A DNA stretch of 64,000 nucleotides. Source: Amphiscolops sp. MND2022 (Eukaryota). The stretch covers positions 11,162,001 through 11,226,000 of the forward strand of contig OZ076409.1 of NCBI GenBank assembly GCA_964187785.1, read 5' to 3'. The notes beneath the pieces were generated by a model that searched no databases, had not been told where the DNA came from, and saw nothing but the letters and a program-made list of their open reading frames with translations. A program made the translations under genes and the position numbers. Shown piece by piece: positions 9,790 to 20,700 of this stretch; the first letter of the stretch is position 1, and every line of letters starts with the position of its first letter.

Positions 9790-11604
9790 AGAGGTGAGAG
9801 AAAAGGAATTATGAGTGAAGACTGGATTCTGGATGGGTTTTCGATGTATTTTACTATTTTGTGCCTTTATTCGAACTCAAATTCACTATTTCTGAACTTG
9901 AGATGTAAATGCGATGAGTTTTACAGTAAGACAAGGATACTAGTAAAAATGAGAAATAGTTAACGAGGATTAAGCAGAATTCATCCAAATTTCATCGAAC
10001 AGATATCGATCACGGAATTACTCAGAGTTGTGAAGGTAGTGTTTTACGATGAATAAGAGATATGTTTTTCTAGTTCAAATCTGTCGTAACTCGTCCAACT
10101 GGACAGTAGCTAATCGCAATTTCGGTCTGAGTAATCTCTAATGGCGGTCCAAAATACAGCAGTTCACGTGTCTTTTCAGGCTGGTAAGACGCTAAATCTC
10201 TTACCAGCCGACTCTTATTGGCTATTGCCAGTTGGTGCTAATTGGTAAGTCACGTGACCGGTGTTGTGAACTGCCGCAAGTTGGCCAAACCACATGGTAC
10301 ATCTACATATGCTAATTATGACTAATCATCACTTTACAATGTCGCAATTGCCTGCACACAGTGTCATGGTTTCTATAGCAACTCAAATCATTCAATAATG
10401 TACTAATTTCAAGTCAAAACAGAGTAAACTGCATCACAGGATGAGAAAACGATGTTTTTCCAACTAATTCTAGCACTAAAATCAATACTTCAAAAGCAAA
10501 GATGGAAACGCGATGAATTCGTCAGAATATTTGCTGATTTTCAAGTCTAGTTTAGCTCTGGATGAAAATGCGATGAATGGTGGTCTTTTAGCTCAAAAAT
10601 CAACACGATATGAACTGGCGATGATAAAAGGATGAACTCGTCTTCAAAATGAATGATTTCCAGCACAATTTAAATCAACGATGGTAAAAGGATGAACTCT
10701 CCTCGAAAATAACTAATTTCCAGCACTAGTGAAATTGACGATGAATTCAGGATGAATTCAGCCAATAAAACAGGTGAAACAGCTAATCCTGCAGTGAAGA
10801 CAAATATACGATGACTTTAGGATGAATACATTCAATAAAACAGCAAAATCTAATGAATGAAATTCCAACGATGGGTTTAGGATGAACTCAACTGAAAATT
10901 CGGCTAATTCTAACGTAAGTCGAACTAGCGATGAATTTACGACGAACTAGTGATAAGTTAATCTAATAAAACAGATATCCAGCACTTCACTCTTTTTTAG
11001 GATGAATTAAGGATGTACTTTCTCATTTCTTGCAGTTTCTGTTCAGGGCGATGAAATATAGATGTGTTATGCTCTTTTTAAGAAATGAGAAGCACATTGA
11101 AGGTTAATAATCACAAAACGACGATGAGTATAGGATGGCTTTCATGCATTTTAAAGTCCCGTGAGATCCGCTGATGGATCACTAAATGAAATCAAATAAA
11201 TGTCTCAATTTTGTTCACCCGCAATCTTGGCGATGTGATTGCGATGAACTTTGATAATTTAGCACTGTAATTTCACTAGTAAATAAAGTTAAAAGATCAC
11301 TAAATCCGCTGATGGATTAGTGATGAACTTTTCCCGAAATTCGTCACGACTACAAGTCCTGAGGCGAGGGAGCTAGTAGAAGTTACAGATTCCATTATTT
11401 CTACATCTCTCGGTCCAGTCTGACCGGAAAACTTCTCTCCCTTATCGTGACAGACCAATATTGAATAAGATAGCACATTAAAAGCTATTGGCCAGATCAT
11501 TTGTGCGGACACCGGAATTAGAGCGCTCAGTATTAAGTAAATATATATAGCTCAAACTCAGGGGGGATAGGGATTAAAGTACAAGTAACGTAGGGTTGCT
11601 CACA
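9480..11604 (-). repeat. 5' LTR of element A (outer boundary tentative)
   Basis: Inner end fixed by the PBS; outer end from an imperfect terminal inverted repeat. The partner LTR is outside the window. Confidence 0.55.
10440..11325. repeat. Array of GATG-N7-GATG motifs at ~60-bp period in LTR A
   Basis: Sites at 10440, 10501, 10561, 10620, 10680, 10740, 10810, 10870, (10930 variant), 11001, 11050, 11123, 11232 and 11311; also 9902 and reversed at 9982. Confidence 0.9.
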
Positions 11605-11687
11605 ACCATGGCTCTTATTATATGACATCATATTGCCCATATCTAAGTACATAAGACATAATATTTACATTACAAATATTTAGTAGA

Positions 11688-12149
11688 TTATATTTCCATC
11701 ATGCTGGCATGACAGGGGGTGTCCACACTTGGACCCCTTTCGTGCTCTGGGGGGGACATAGGTGATTCCAAGACGGGCATTATTGTGTTACAGAGATCTA
11801 TGCGCTTCTTCTCGAATTTCCTTGGCGGGGCATAGCACATTTCCCTATCGAAGTATTTAAGGCCCAGTTTCGGTGCCACCCCTTCTTCCATTTGAGACGT
11901 ACTTGGTCCAGCTCTCGCTTCGTCTTCGGGTTCACCCATAGTCATTATTCTGCCCCCGATTAACATTGGGCTAGAAGTAACTTCCTTTTCAATCCGGGCT
12001 ATCAGTTGCTCGGTGTCAGTCGAACAATAGGTTTCCCAGTCCGAGGACTCATCTTCACTACTGGATATGTAGATTACTGATTTATCAGAGTTATCAGAAT
12101 CGTATTCTCCAAAGTCAAACAATTTTCTTGAGAGGTTAAACTTGCTCAT
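11688..12149 (-). CDS. Small acidic accessory protein with SIM-like motif (element B)
   Basis: 153-aa ATG-started ORF containing VIYISSSEDESSD; a positional counterpart in C contains VIDISSDEE. Confidence 0.55.
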   Translation of the reverse strand: MSKFNLSRKLFDFGEYDSDNSDKSVIYISSSEDESSDWETYCSTDTEQLIARIEKEVTSSPMLIGGRIMTMGEPEDEARAGPSTSQMEEGVAPKLGLKYFDREMCYAPPRKFEKKRIDLCNTIMPVLESPMSPPEHERGPSVDTPCHASMMEI

Positions 12150-13271
12150 TATGAGTTTTTTGGCGATTTTTGAAGCTGGTAAGGCGACTGATTGCTGAAT
12201 AATTTAAGACAGAATGAATATACCTAAATTCCGTCGCAAGCCGAGTTAGGACGTTTTTCCGAAGTTTCCAATTTGGCGGGTAAAACTTCGGTTGGTCGTC
12301 CTGATCCGTCGTAAACTTTCCTGAATGGAATTCCATAACTGATCGGCGTCCTTTGATATTTCAGTGTTTACCCCTCATCAGCATCATTACTATGAGAGGC
12401 GTGAATGACGCTTGAGTTATTAATATCAACTACACCAGTCTCAAGTGGGTAATTAACGGGTCGCTTGTAAACAATTAACAGCATGCGTCGCAAAGTTTTC
12501 TCAAAATGGCTTCAGCCAATCAGAACTAAGCCTTGATAAATTGTAAATTGAATAATAAAATGGCGGAAAATAATAAAACTAAATAATCCCAAAATGGCGG
12601 AAATTTTAACTAAAGGGTAACTAAGGTAATTGGACGAAACGTCGAAACGAAACAAGGCAAACAGCCATAACCGGCCATTAACTAAGTAAGCTGCAGATAA
12701 TGAAGATCTTTGTACATTTCGCTGGCAGACTCCATGTACAGAATAGATATATAAATAATCAAATAACATTAGTCTAGTAAATCTTCTTCAGCCACGAACT
12801 CCAACTATCCAATTCCTTTATTCAATTTTAAATTCCAGTTGAATTCCAGTTACTTTTCACATTCACGTTTACAAATACGCTGTCTAATCATCATCTTCCG
12901 GCCTTCACGACGCCATAACTGTTGGACTTCCACACTCCAAAGCCTTCTTGGCCTTTCCTCCACCAATTCCGATCTTTCTCAAATCCCCACTAGTTGACGG
13001 CCTGATTCGGACCAGTTCTCAGCAGTCCAATTCTCCAAGAGCATGTCTTCTGACTCAGGTTGGTTTGGGTTTCCATTTTAGAACTAATTTAACTTGATCA
13101 AGGTCAAATTTGTTCACTAAATACTTCCTGCTTCCATCACTAAACACGTGACGAGCACGTTTCATTCAAATTTGTTCACTAAATACTTCCTGCTTCCATC
13201 ACTAAACACGTGACGAGCACGTTTCATTCAAATTTGTCATACACTTCCGGAAGGTTTCTAATCGCGGTAAA
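12150..13271. promoter_or_regulatory. Candidate divergent promoter between the acidic ORF and the antisense BED gene (B)
   Basis: Head-to-head ORFs; AAAATGGCGG (YY1-like) twice near 12557 and 12591; CAGCCAATCAG; CACGTGAC twice; ACTTCCGG just before the ATG at 13272. Confidence 0.45.
13104..13237. repeat. 62-bp tandem duplication
   Basis: Units start at 13104, 13166 and (partial) 13228; each full unit has CACGT-N6-CACGT. Confidence 0.9.
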
Positions 13272-16200
13272 ATGGATTCGTATCAAGGAAGTACACCGCT
13301 AAATTTCATTCCCTTTCGTTTAGAGATTCCGTCAAAAGAGAATGCTTCTGCACCAACCTTACCCCAAGTCAGCAGTCCTGTTAATGCCGAGGACTTGACA
13401 ACACTGATAGAGGAACACAAGCGAGGCGAGGCTGGTACTTCTGAGCCTCAACCCGAAGCAAAACATGGTGGCTCAGCCGGTAGCCAAGACAGCGACACCG
13501 ATGTTACTGTTTACGCTGATTCTATGGTCCAACGGATGGAGCAAACTCAATCCCCTGCCACGAAAGATAGTAGCCTTCCACCATCTGCCTCATCTCAAGG
13601 CCAAGAACTGACCTCTGGCACTCAGGAATTGATGCCCACTGTACTCGAAGAGCGTAGATCGAGTACTCCTATCCAGTCTGAGGAGGAGGGGAGACAAGAT
13701 GTAAATCTGTCAGCTTTGGAATCTGCCTTAGAAGTTGTCATGACCTCTGGGTCTCAGTTCCCTGAATTAAGGGATAGGGAAGATCCAAACCAGTCAGAAG
13801 CAAGTGGCATTCAATCTAAGACTGACGAAGACAATGCCTCAACAGTCTGTGATGTGCCCGCGCTCCCAGGAGGCGACCCCAAAGTACGCTTCGCGGTAAG
13901 TCGCAGTGAGGAAGAAGAGTCCACAGAGGAGTCGAGCCGACTTGTCCCGGTGGAATTGTACGGGTATCCTCCTTTTACCCCGGAAACCGAAACCGAGTGT
14001 GAAGGGGACACCAGCTCTGAAAAGCAGCCCTTGAGGCCAGGTAACACGTGCGGGACCAGTGGAAGCCTTAGCCAGGACAGGCTTCCGGACCTTTCAGGAC
14101 GTAGCAGGGCCATCCTAAAGGAATATTTTGAGGAAGCATCCCCGATTAGACTCCCTGTCGGACACACTACTGTCGCCTTCACTGAGCCCCAGGTGTACCA
14201 TCTTCTGCGTACACTCACAGATGAGACTCTCCGTAGGTCCTTCAGTACCATGGAAAGAATGGTGCTTGATGCTGTACGTGGATCTCCAACCGCCCTGCCA
14301 TCACGAACGTCTCACTTTCAGCTTAGGCGACGACCGCAAACCCCCGGACCTAGGCCTCAGAGTGATTCTGAAATCGACAGCGATCATCCTGGATCGGCTT
14401 CAGACCGACCAGGATCAAGTGCAGAGGACACCGGTTGGTCGTCCTTTTACGAAGAGACCGACAGTGCCACTGAGATGGACTTAATATCGAAGTCCTTCAA
14501 GCAAACTCCTGTAATTCCTCAAAGCAGAGAGATCCGGGAAGAAACAGGAGACACCCAGCAACAGATAGAACTCGGGGCAGAAGGGTACAGCAGCCAGGAC
14601 ACTACCCTGCATGAGATGCGCAAACAGGCGCAGAAAAACTTGGACGTGGGACCTTCCAAATCCAAAAAGAAGAAAGACAATAAGAGACTTTCCCGGAGGG
14701 GTGTTCCCATGCGAGAAGAATTTTTCTCAAAAATAGGGTGGACGAGGTCATTCATATCCGGTCCGGGTGACCCTCTTCACAATCCCCATATGGTCTGGTG
14801 CCATATTTGTAAGAAAAACTTTTCTATAAAGTCAAAAGGACCTTATGAGATCTTAAGACATCACCGGACAGACCGACATTTGAGACGCGACCAAAGATGG
14901 CGGTACGAACATCTACGCAGCGTAGATCCTGTTAGCGGCAAGGTGCAACATCGGGTCAGGGGCGCCAATGGCAAAATCCTGACAAAAATTGAGCTGGCCA
15001 GTCAACTGCACAAGTTCATCAACGTGGAATTAGTGGACATCGGGGAGAGGTTCCCCTTCTATGAAGATTTCTTGCGCGGAACCACTACTGCCTTAGTCAC
15101 CCAAGAAGCGCGTGTTAAAACTCAACTCTGTCTGGTGGGCGACTTCATAAAGACGATAGGAGACCTCACTGTCTTGAGGAACTTATGGTCCAGGATGGGA
15201 GCCTACACCAACCACCAGGCTACAGTTTGCGATTTCGACTGGGGCGAAGAGCGCATAAATGTAAGGGTATTTCCGTTCTCCTGTTCATAGTCTTGAGTAT
15301 TTCTTGTCCTAAGTAGTTTTGTTTCCTTTTCAGGCCATATTCCAGCATTTTTCACAAGTGCTTTGAGTGACATTGCCGAACACGTCACTACCCAACAATG
15401 CTTCCCCGTAGAGTTCGAGACTGTAGGAATTTATCGCTACATGACTGTCAAATTCTGGAAGGGCCATGAACTATGTCGAGTTCTCATCTGTCGAAGTTCC
15501 CTTCCCGCAACTGATGTGACGGGTGAACTTGGATCTCTGGCCCGGTTCTTGTCGGCAGTATCGACCCAACCTGATGTGGTGGCGTGTTCCGGTTGCCATG
15601 TTGACCTGGTGAAGACGATTGACCAGTCGGACTACTTCCCGCAAGGGGTTCAAAGCTGTTTCCGCTTCGAGCAGCTATCATTGCCCACCCTGATGCATAA
15701 GTCCAAGTACTCTGTCTTTGGCCAGATAGACTTCTTCTCTGTGCTCCAGGCTCTGATGGTGTCCTTAGGTGGTTCCCTCACAGAAGAATGGGCGCTGCGT
15801 AGCCCAGAACTCACTAAAGTAAGTACACCCTTTTCGTCTTTCTTCCTCTTAGTCGTAGAATGAGTAGTGTTGGTACAGTGTGATACAGTCCTCAACATTG
15901 AAATGGGTTTTTACAGGCAGTTACCAGTTGCAAGCTTGACGTCCGGACACTTCCAATTCTCTGTACAGAGCTTGTGAAGGAATGGAGACTCATCCTCCGG
16001 TACTTGACTGAACATGCCCCTATACAAGGAGGTCAAGGGGTTCGCAGCAGGGTTAGACCTTATCTTATCCCTTTAATAGTACTGTCAGGTGGTTCCAGAG
16101 GGGGTGGGTTTTGGCTTCTTTTCTTGCTATGAGACTGACAAACACTCACATATGTGTTCTGCTTAAGGTACAGAGCTTCGAATGGTCCCTGATCTGTGAC

Positions 16201-17662
16201 GAGTTTTTCGTTGTCAAGCTGGAGTTCTTTAACAGGCTCACGAGTGACTGTAAGTATCTCACTTTAAGGTGAAAAGCCACGGTTTTGTTCCACTTTAGAC
16301 ACCAGACTTGTGTTTCCAGACGTGTCCAGTTTCCCTGTGAACCTCCAGCATAGACGTGATGCATCCTTTTACCTTTGTGGGGAAGTCTGTCGGTTTCTGA
16401 GCCTGCTCTGTTCCCGCGTCTATACCCCTGATACTGCCCCCTTGGCGAATGCTTGGTTCTTGTTGCTACGCTTCCAGATTAGTGAGGCCACCTTCCTGGA
16501 TGAAGAGGAGTATTTGGTGCGACTGAAGCTCACCAACAAGGTGTCGTCTGCTAGCAAAGCAAAGGCCGAAGGGATGCACTTTGGTAAGAAGTCGGAGCGC
16601 CCAGCAATCCTGGCAACTACTGAGACTGTAAAGTCTGATTTCGTCAAGGACAGTCAGCAGTACGTGCAGTACGTGCAGTACCTTATTAATGAAGTTCTTC
16701 GGCAGACTGGGCTAACCACCAACATCGTGAAAGGGATGGCTACTTTTGACCCTTTCATACTATTCAAGCGCCCTATGGACGTGGCCCTACGCCACTTCGA
16801 CATCCTGTACAGTACCTTTTCCCTCCGCTCTTGGGTATCCAGTACTAATGAGTCCTTGTGCCGGGATCAGTACATGCAGCTTCTCGATCATCTGCGTACA
16901 GCTTATAGCCCAGATTTCGATATTACCAGCGTCTCCTGTGATTTAATTGAGTTCTTGTCTGAGCTGGAGTTCCTTCGAGACCGTAGCTGTTTGTTCTACC
17001 TGTTCAAATTGTGTTGTTTGTGTGCCACCACTGTCAGTCCTACATACCCTGATGTTACTTTCGTGACAGTTTCCACCGCTGGACGCCATAGCAGGTTAGC
17101 TGACGTCATTCTTCCTGTTCAAAGTTATATGTCTAACGTGCGAGATGCAGTTGCTTTCTGTAAAGATGACAGAAATCTTGCCAGATTCATTGACTTCACT
17201 TCTTCTTTCGAGCGTTCAGCATTTGCTCCTGATTATGATCCTTGGAGCTACGTGGACACTTTTGGCCGTTCAAAAATTTACAAGTCACTGCTTGCTTCTT
17301 ATCGTGTGGCTCTTTCTTCCCCTCAAAAGGCTCTGGTCCGGATTGCGCCTGATGATGTACATTCTGTAGCTGACACATCCGCCGTGAAGGCCACTTCCAG
17401 CACTAAACGGAGGAAGATGGAACGTCGCGCATCCCGTTCATCTTCATCATCTGCCGTCGGGGCTGACGAACCTGGTTCCTCTAAATCTAACTGTACATAT
17501 GTATGTGTGTTCTTTCAAATTGTAAACTTTGTTAATTTCTTTGCCGATTTGCTTATTTATTCTTTGTTGTTTGTATCTCTCGATCCCTGTATTTATTCTT
17601 TTGTAAGGGATCCTTTGAATGCCCCACTATTTATTTCGAGGAAAAAGAATAAAAGGGGCTAG
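13272..17662 (+). CDS. Antisense multi-exon accessory gene of element B: disordered N-terminus, BED zinc finger, hAT-transposase-like body
   Basis: Exons 13272-15260, 15334-15818, 15917-16051, 16168-16249 and 16320-<=17662, with GT..AG introns in compatible phases. BED-like WCHICKKNFSIKSKGPYEILRHHRTDRH at 14796-14879. One apparent 1-nt deletion in the T-run near 15350. Confidence 0.75.
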
Positions 17663-17720
17663 AAAAAGAATAATGAAAAGATACAGAAAAGAACTCCCAT
17701 TTTCGGGAAGAATTCAATTC

Positions 17721-20700
17721 TTAGTATCTGAAGTCTTCTGAGTAGTTTGGGTTAGGGTTAGGCCTGAGATTGTATTTCCCTCCTCTAGGGCTCAGGCTTT
17801 CATTTCTAGCTTCATTTTCTGATATTTCGGGCACAATAATATCATCCCCCCTTTTTGGAGACTTTTGTGCGTCGTTTTCATTCGTCAAATTTCTTTCTGG
17901 AAGAATTTCATCATTTTTTGGTCTTTCATCCGTATTCGATAAAGTTTTTTCTTGTCCTTTGGGGTAAACGGCCGGGTTCGGCCAATCAGATTTGCTGTTG
18001 CTAGCCGCTTCACTAGCTTCATTGCTTTTTGTGACGTCATGATTTAATCTTTCATTCCGGCTCCGCGCCGCGTGGTCAGCGTAGTTTGTTTCGTCTCTCG
18101 TGATTATGTAATCCGCTTCATTCTCGTCTACGTCACTGTAACTCGGTTCTGCCGGATTCGGTTGTTCGCTATTCGGCAAGCTAGTCGGAATGGGATCATG
18201 TCCTCGTGTATTAAGCTGCTCGCCAAAGTCGGTTTCCCATGTGATTATATATAAGTCATCTTGCGGAATAACAATTTCTTCGTCAGGCTGTAGCTGCTGT
18301 TCTTGGAAATTGTCCTCAAGAGGCTGATTAGGGACAAACTTTTTAAGGCGAATTCGATGTAATATTTGAGTCTTGTTTGTGTTGATTCGTCTCACAATAT
18401 AATTTTCGTTAGGTAAAACTTTTTGGACTATAAATGGTCCAACCCACCGATAATCACGGAGTGGAATTTTTGATCCTTGATGATCCGCCTTCGGCTGTAG
18501 GACAAAGCAGTAATCATTCTCCTTTAATGGAGTGGCTTTTCCCTTGCGATCATAGTATTCTTTGTACTTGATGTATGACTGCATAATATTTTGCTTCGTT
18601 TTGTCAATCAAGATTTTCGTCCGATTTTGTATTTCTTCAGCAAATTCGGTTGTTGGGTTGACCTGCTCGTTTGGATTGTTTCCAAGCTTGTGGTCGAGAA
18701 TAATATATGGAATTCTTCCATGAAATACTCTTGTTGGCTCACAACCGATGCTGGCATGGTAACTTGTGTTGTGGTTCAGTACTGCTAATGGCAAGTATTT
18801 GTGCCATTGTCGGCGATATTCTCCGCATGCCATTTTGAGATTTGTTTTCAACGTGGCATGGGTTCGCTCCAATTTCCCAATTGTTTGCGGGTGTTTTGTT
18901 GTGGCACATTTGAGTGTTATGCCCAAAATTTGTGTGATCTCCGCAATAATTGTGGACGTAAATGCAGTACCTTCATCAGTAATGAGTGTTGTGGGTAAAT
19001 ATGCATGTTTGGTCATAATGTCAATGAGCGCTTTTGCTACATTGATGACTGATGCGTCCGTAAGAGGATAGGCAAACAAATATCTAGAGAAGACATCGAT
19101 CGCTGTTAGGACATTTTGATATCCTCCGCTTGGGGGAAGATTCGGCAATAGGTCGATTTGCATGGCGTCCTCAGGTCCAAGGTCCCATTCGGGCAAGTTG
19201 AGTAATTCAGGCGTAATTGTTGCGTTGGGGACTCGCTTGTCTCTTGCGCATTCCTCGCACCGCTCTACCCTTTTTTTGACGTGTTTGGCCATTCTAGGGT
19301 AGTAATACCTCTGTCGAATTTCCTGCAGCATTTTTGAAATCCCAGGATGTTTATGGGCTGTCCCGTGAAGGGATTGGAGTAATTCCTGGAGTAAATGTTG
19401 CGGGAGTAAATGTTGCAGTCCCTGTTTCATCAAAATATTGCCTTGCTAGGATTTCGTCCTTCAGTACAATCCGTTCCAGATTGTTTGCGTAATGTCTATA
19501 TCGGGCATCCTAGTGCAGTAAATTTTCTGAATACTCTTCATGAAGCAGTTTTGTTTTCAATTGCTGTAGAACTGCATCTTTGGATTGCTCAATAATGATC
19601 TGGTTCGTTTTCCTCAATCGGACTTGTATATCGGGGTGTTGCTTGACCAGATTTGTTGACAGAGTTTGTATAGTAACAGTGGGCTCATCAGTTGCTGGAT
19701 TTTTCCTGATTGCTTCTTTCCTTGCCCAATACTGTTCTTCTGTCTCATCGTCGTCATTGGTGTAGAAGATTTGTTCTTCTTGTGACACTCCTGCGGATTG
19801 GACATTGATTTCGATTGGTAGTGTTTGTACATCTTCGCGGATTTTCATCACCAATTTGTCCTTCGGATCTGCTTTCAATCGGGACAAATAGTCGGCAGCT
19901 GTATTTTGTGCCCCTGGGATGTGTGCTTTGACAAAATTAAACTGGATGACATAATCACAGGCGTTCCACAGGGCTGGGGCTATTATTTTTGTTTGGAAAA
20001 ATCTCGTGACAGCTTTGTTGTCCGTAAGGATGATGACCAGTTTCGGCGCACCCCAGAAGGTATGTCCGAATTCTTTGAATGCAAAATAAATTGCATGGAA
20101 TTCCTTGGCATAAATTGACATTTTGATCTGTGCTGTGGTGAAAGTTTTTGATCCATATGCGACTGGTGCATATGATTTTCTGAGTGACGTAAAATTCTGG
20201 CTTGGGTCGTCTTCGATTAGGACCGCGTACCCGGCTGCACCAAAACTTGCATCAGTCATTAGTGCTATTTGCTTGTTTGGAATGGGTTGCTGTAGGGCCA
20301 AGTCGCAACATTTGTCTAGTGCTTTGTTGATTTCTTCGAATTGCTGGACTAATTCTTTCGATACTAGGACTTTTTCGTCACTTTTCAGCATCTAGTAGAA
20401 TGGGGCAAGGCGTTCGGAGAGTCTTGGGACATAATTCATGTAGTAGTTTAGGATTCCCAAATATCGTTGTAAAGCATTTTTCGACTTCGGGAATTTGGTC
20501 TTTTCCAGAAAGTTTTGCACGTTCTGTTTCTGGGGTTTGACGCCTTGTGGGGTAATAGTCCGTCCGAGAAAATCGCTTTATTTTGCACCGAAGTGACATT
20601 TGTGCATTGTTAACTTAAGGCCTGCTTCCTGAATGCATTTAAATATAGCTCTCAGGTTGGTTATGAGGTGGTGAGCATCATTGGTCGCGATGCCGATATC

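Larger units (their letters stand above)
1..11604 (-). mobile_element. Ty3/Gypsy LTR retrotransposon A (3' part runs off the left edge of the window)
   Basis: Intact gag and pol (PR-RT-RH-IN order); PBS at 9468-9479; LTR end CA at 9480-9481 on the minus strand. Right boundary is tentative (minus-strand TGTGAGCAACCC at 11604 vs TGTCGAACCC at 9480). Confidence 0.9.

Noticed and set aside
16310..17662. env gene, suggested by its position after pol and hydrophobic tail
   Set aside because: Wrong strand; no signal peptide in the spliced product; the tail looks like T-rich UTR read-through and is absent in the A and C homologs.
13272..17662. Independent autonomous hAT transposon inserted in the Gypsy
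   Set aside because: No TIR or 8-bp TSD seen, catalytic motifs are missing, and the same position and orientation recur in three divergent elements. Not fully excluded without a genome-wide search.
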